Shown: positions 61,280 to 64,000 of the stretch, piece after piece
How positions within the stretch are numbered: the stretch's first letter is position 1
How the letters are laid out: each line of letters begins with the position of its first letter
Origin: an uncultured Pseudobdellovibrionaceae bacterium
GTDB taxonomy: Bacteria > Bdellovibrionota > Bdellovibrionia > Bdellovibrionales > UBA1609
Length of the DNA: 64,000 bases
Reading direction: 5' to 3'
Assembly: GCA_963803705.1 (NCBI GenBank)
Contig: CAWDNU010000004.1
Span: 672,001-736,000, forward strand
Notes under the pieces: generated by a model
The model's database searches: none
The model's input: only the letters and a program-made list of their open reading frames with translations
What the model was told of the DNA's origin: nothing
Position numbers and translations under genes: made by a program

Positions 61280-62563
61280 TTAAGCTAAAGGTGCTACACC
61301 TATTGTTGCCACTGCATATATTCCATTTGAGTTACAAATTATTGTCCTTACAGTTTGATTTGCAGAAGTTACTATTTTTGAGAAAGCGCCGTTATTGATC
61401 GTTAAGCTAGATGAACTACCTTGAGGGTTAAATAGAACAAAGGTGCAATTTGTTGGTACGGTTAACGTACGGTTCAATGCTCCCACAGAAGTGATTCTTA
61501 CTACTATGTTCGGCCCTTTATAGTTCGTTATGTCCACATTAGCTGAATTTGAAATTGTAAGCTCACTGTCATGGTAAACTTCCGGTGCAAGCTTTTCTTT
61601 CGTAATATTATTATTAAGTACCTTGGAAGTAACAACTGAGTTTGCAGCCAATTTTCCACTGGTGACATTTAAATCTGTTATTTTAGATGTAGTAACTGAG
61701 TTAGCAGTTAGCTTTAAGTTAGTGATTGAATTATCAGGCACTGTAGGAAGCTTCCACGTCGCGACGTTGTCTTCAATAGTTAAAACTCTGTCATTAACGC
61801 CTGTTCCATTTAACTTAGATACTGATATGTTTGCTGAATTGTCTATAGAGTTATTAGTTAATAAGCCAAAAGAAATTGTATCAGCGTTTCGTCTAAGTAC
61901 GTGGCCATTTGTAAGAGCCTGAATGCCTCCTACTGCTCCTTCACTTGTTGAAGCTCTACCTAAGATACTTGATGCTGGAATATCCTCCAGCTTTGTATAA
62001 GGTATTGAGTTGGCTAACATGTTACTATTAATTTGTGTAAAACCTAAAGCATCACTTGTTCTAGTTAATACTCTATCATTTGTACCAGCTTGAATCTCGG
62101 CTATTGATCCACTTGAATTTACATCTCTACCTAATATTGATGTTGCGGTTATAGTTTGTAGTTTTGATATATCTATAGATGCACTAGGGTCTATGTCAGC
62201 ATTAGTAATAGCTGAAGCTTGTGCTAGTTTACTGCCCTTAAAAGTTAAATCATTGTCTGCATCTAAAGTTAAAAATAAATTTTCAGAATTGTCGTTATTA
62301 CGAAATGCGATTGAGTCTGATTTAGCAAGTCTAAATGAACCTACTGTTGCTACGTTAGTTGTCCTAGTAGAGTAGTATAGAGATTTAAGTCCGAAGCTTG
62401 ATCCAAAATCTACATCTGCAAGTAAAGTAAAATTACCACCTGCTTTTTGTAAAAGGCCTGATGTGATTGCACTAGCCCAATCTGTGACCTGTCCACCCCA
62501 GTCAGAATCACCTGGCTCTGGAAATGGGTAATTGTTGTTATTAATATTTAGGTTAATTGCCAT
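61280..62563 (-). CDS. Tail fibre-like protein
   Basis: SILGR repeats and NSVTTSKI-type repeats. Confidence 0.65.
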   Translation of the reverse strand: MAINLNINNNNYPFPEPGDSDWGGQVTDWASAITSGLLQKAGGNFTLLADVDFGSSFGLKSLYYSTRTTNVATVGSFRLAKSDSIAFRNNDNSENLFLTLDADNDLTFKGSKLAQASAITNADIDPSASIDISKLQTITATSILGRDVNSSGSIAEIQAGTNDRVLTRTSDALGFTQINSNMLANSIPYTKLEDIPASSILGRASTSEGAVGGIQALTNGHVLRRNADTISFGLLTNNSIDNSANISVSKLNGTGVNDRVLTIEDNVATWKLPTVPDNSITNLKLTANSVTTSKITDLNVTSGKLAANSVVTSKVLNNNITKEKLAPEVYHDSELTISNSANVDITNYKGPNIVVRITSVGALNRTLTVPTNCTFVLFNPQGSSSSLTINNGAFSKIVTSANQTVRTIICNSNGIYAVATIGVAPLA

Positions 62564-62593
62564 TTATAATTTGCTCCATTCGGTAGCTTTTAG

Positions 62594-62632
62594 AAAAAAT
62601 AACCCTGGCCCGCATCCGTGCAAACCAGAGTT
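62594..62632 (-). terminator. Intrinsic terminator after capsid gene
   Basis: AACTCTGGTTTGCA...TGCGGGCCAGGGTT plus ATTTTTT on minus strand. Confidence 0.7.
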
Positions 62633-62689
62633 GAAAAGTACAATTAAAGCTAAAGGGTCCTTCAACCCTCTAACCTCTAAAATTTGTGG

Positions 62690-63955
62690 TTATGCACCAA
62701 TTCCTGTGATGTAAACACATCTTGCAGGTGTTTCGATGAACAAAGATTGTGCGCTGTAAACTCTCATTTCAAACCCAGCATTGTTTGGAAGGTGTAAGAA
62801 TATTTCATCTTTTCTTCCTGGAGTATTGAAACTTACATCCTGAGCACCAATTCTCTTAAGTCTTTCTGGAGGGAAAATAAATGCTTCACCTTCTTTAACT
62901 ATGTTATGAGAGATAATTTCTATTTGGCCGTTCTGACCATAGAAACAAAGGTTTTCAAAACCGTTTTCAGCTTTATCTTTTTTGTATGAACCATCATAAC
63001 GTCTAAGAGCTGCTTCGTTGGAAGATAACTGGCTCCAAGTGTCGGGGTTAACTGCTACAACTACTTTTTCATCTAAGCCACGAACTACTGCTTTTGAAAC
63101 AGCTTTCAATAGTTTAGCTAAAGTAAGGTCGCCTGAAACAGTTTCAACATTACCTTTCCACAAGTTATATTCGCTAGCGTCGATATTAAATAATTCACCA
63201 GTATTAGTTATAATCTTTCTCATTCCGGCCATTTCAGCCCATTGAGAAGCACTAATACGTGAACCTTTAAAGTAAACGTCAGCTGCACCAGCAGCATCTA
63301 GAGCCGTTATTCCAGTAGAAGTACCAGTAACAGTAATAGATTTGTTATCTACATCTACCGATTGAATAGTAAACACGGCGTTGTCGCCAGAAGATACTAG
63401 TGAACCATTCGAAGTTAGGTAAAAGTTTATTTTAGATTTTTCAGCACCACTGTAAATTCCAGCTGCAAATGAAGCATCAGTTAGTGTTACTATAGTAGAT
63501 GTAGTATCAACATTGCTAGAAGAAGCTTTTACACCAATTCCAACTTGACCATGAAGCATACAAATTTCTAAACGCTTTGTGATACTCTCCATCATGTTTT
63601 CAACTAAAAGCTCAGTAGCTTTAACGAATGCTTTTTGGCCACTAGAGGCTTTTGCCGCTGCATCATAAGAAAGAGCAGATCTAAGTAAAAGCTGGTTACC
63701 TTGTACTTGTGCATCTTGCATCGCCATAGGAACAGATGCTTCTAAATCAAATGCACCACTATTAGGGTTTGCATAAGTAACGCCTTGCTCATTAGCTACG
63801 ATAACTGGTTGATGATACTTGTTTCCTGTCTCTTTTTCTCTAGAAACAAATGGGATTAATTTTGTTAATTTTGCTGACTCTGGGATTAAATTTTGAATCT
63901 CATCGCCGTATGCTTCTTTAAATAGACCTGTTAGGTCGCTTGGACTTGTTGCCAT
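62690..63955 (-). CDS. Major capsid protein (probable)
   Basis: 421 aa, AAGGA SD, LFKEAYG N-terminus, followed by a terminator and tail genes. Confidence 0.75.
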   Translation of the reverse strand: MATSPSDLTGLFKEAYGDEIQNLIPESAKLTKLIPFVSREKETGNKYHQPVIVANEQGVTYANPNSGAFDLEASVPMAMQDAQVQGNQLLLRSALSYDAAAKASSGQKAFVKATELLVENMMESITKRLEICMLHGQVGIGVKASSSNVDTTSTIVTLTDASFAAGIYSGAEKSKINFYLTSNGSLVSSGDNAVFTIQSVDVDNKSITVTGTSTGITALDAAGAADVYFKGSRISASQWAEMAGMRKIITNTGELFNIDASEYNLWKGNVETVSGDLTLAKLLKAVSKAVVRGLDEKVVVAVNPDTWSQLSSNEAALRRYDGSYKKDKAENGFENLCFYGQNGQIEIISHNIVKEGEAFIFPPERLKRIGAQDVSFNTPGRKDEIFLHLPNNAGFEMRVYSAQSLFIETPARCVYITGIGA

Positions 63956-64000
63956 TATAAATATTCCTTTATTTATTGGTTAGTTTTAGTTTCAATTTCC

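Larger units (their letters stand above)
41050..64000. mobile_element. Podovirus-like prophage (left boundary approximate; continues past window)
   Basis: Capsid-tail-ejection-holin module on minus strand, VapE-type replication module on plus strand, adjacent to a tRNA cluster. Confidence 0.88.

Noticed and set aside
41050..64000. Alternative genetic code in the prophage
   Set aside because: Long, tightly packed ORFs under the standard bacterial code

Overview
AT-rich bacterial chromosome segment; gene content suggests Bdellovibrionota (inference). 1-25.7 kb is accessory and metabolic genes: peptidoglycan hydrolases, a TSP1-repeat/vWA lipoprotein, a type III PKS operon, tRNA-Leu, folD-gcvT-gcvH, a Flp/Tad minor-pilin cluster and a divergent EF-G. 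It also holds two palindromic MITE families, one copy nested inside the other. 25.8-41.0 kb is the minus-strand core cluster tRNA-Gly, tRNA-Thr, tuf, tRNA-Trp, secE, nusG, rplKAJL, rpoBC, rpsLG. Six essential genes between ~34.7 and 40.1 kb carry single-base frameshifts, probably consensus errors. From ~41.05 kb to the window end lies a podovirus-like prophage with capsid, tail, ejection, holin and VapE-type replication genes. The most striking observation is in the prophage arm next to the tRNAs. A near-consensus sigma70 promoter reads into ~550-830 nt of ORF-free, hairpin-dense sequence, where three nested long-range helices pair across an inserted IS481 element. This is a candidate large structured phage ncRNA.
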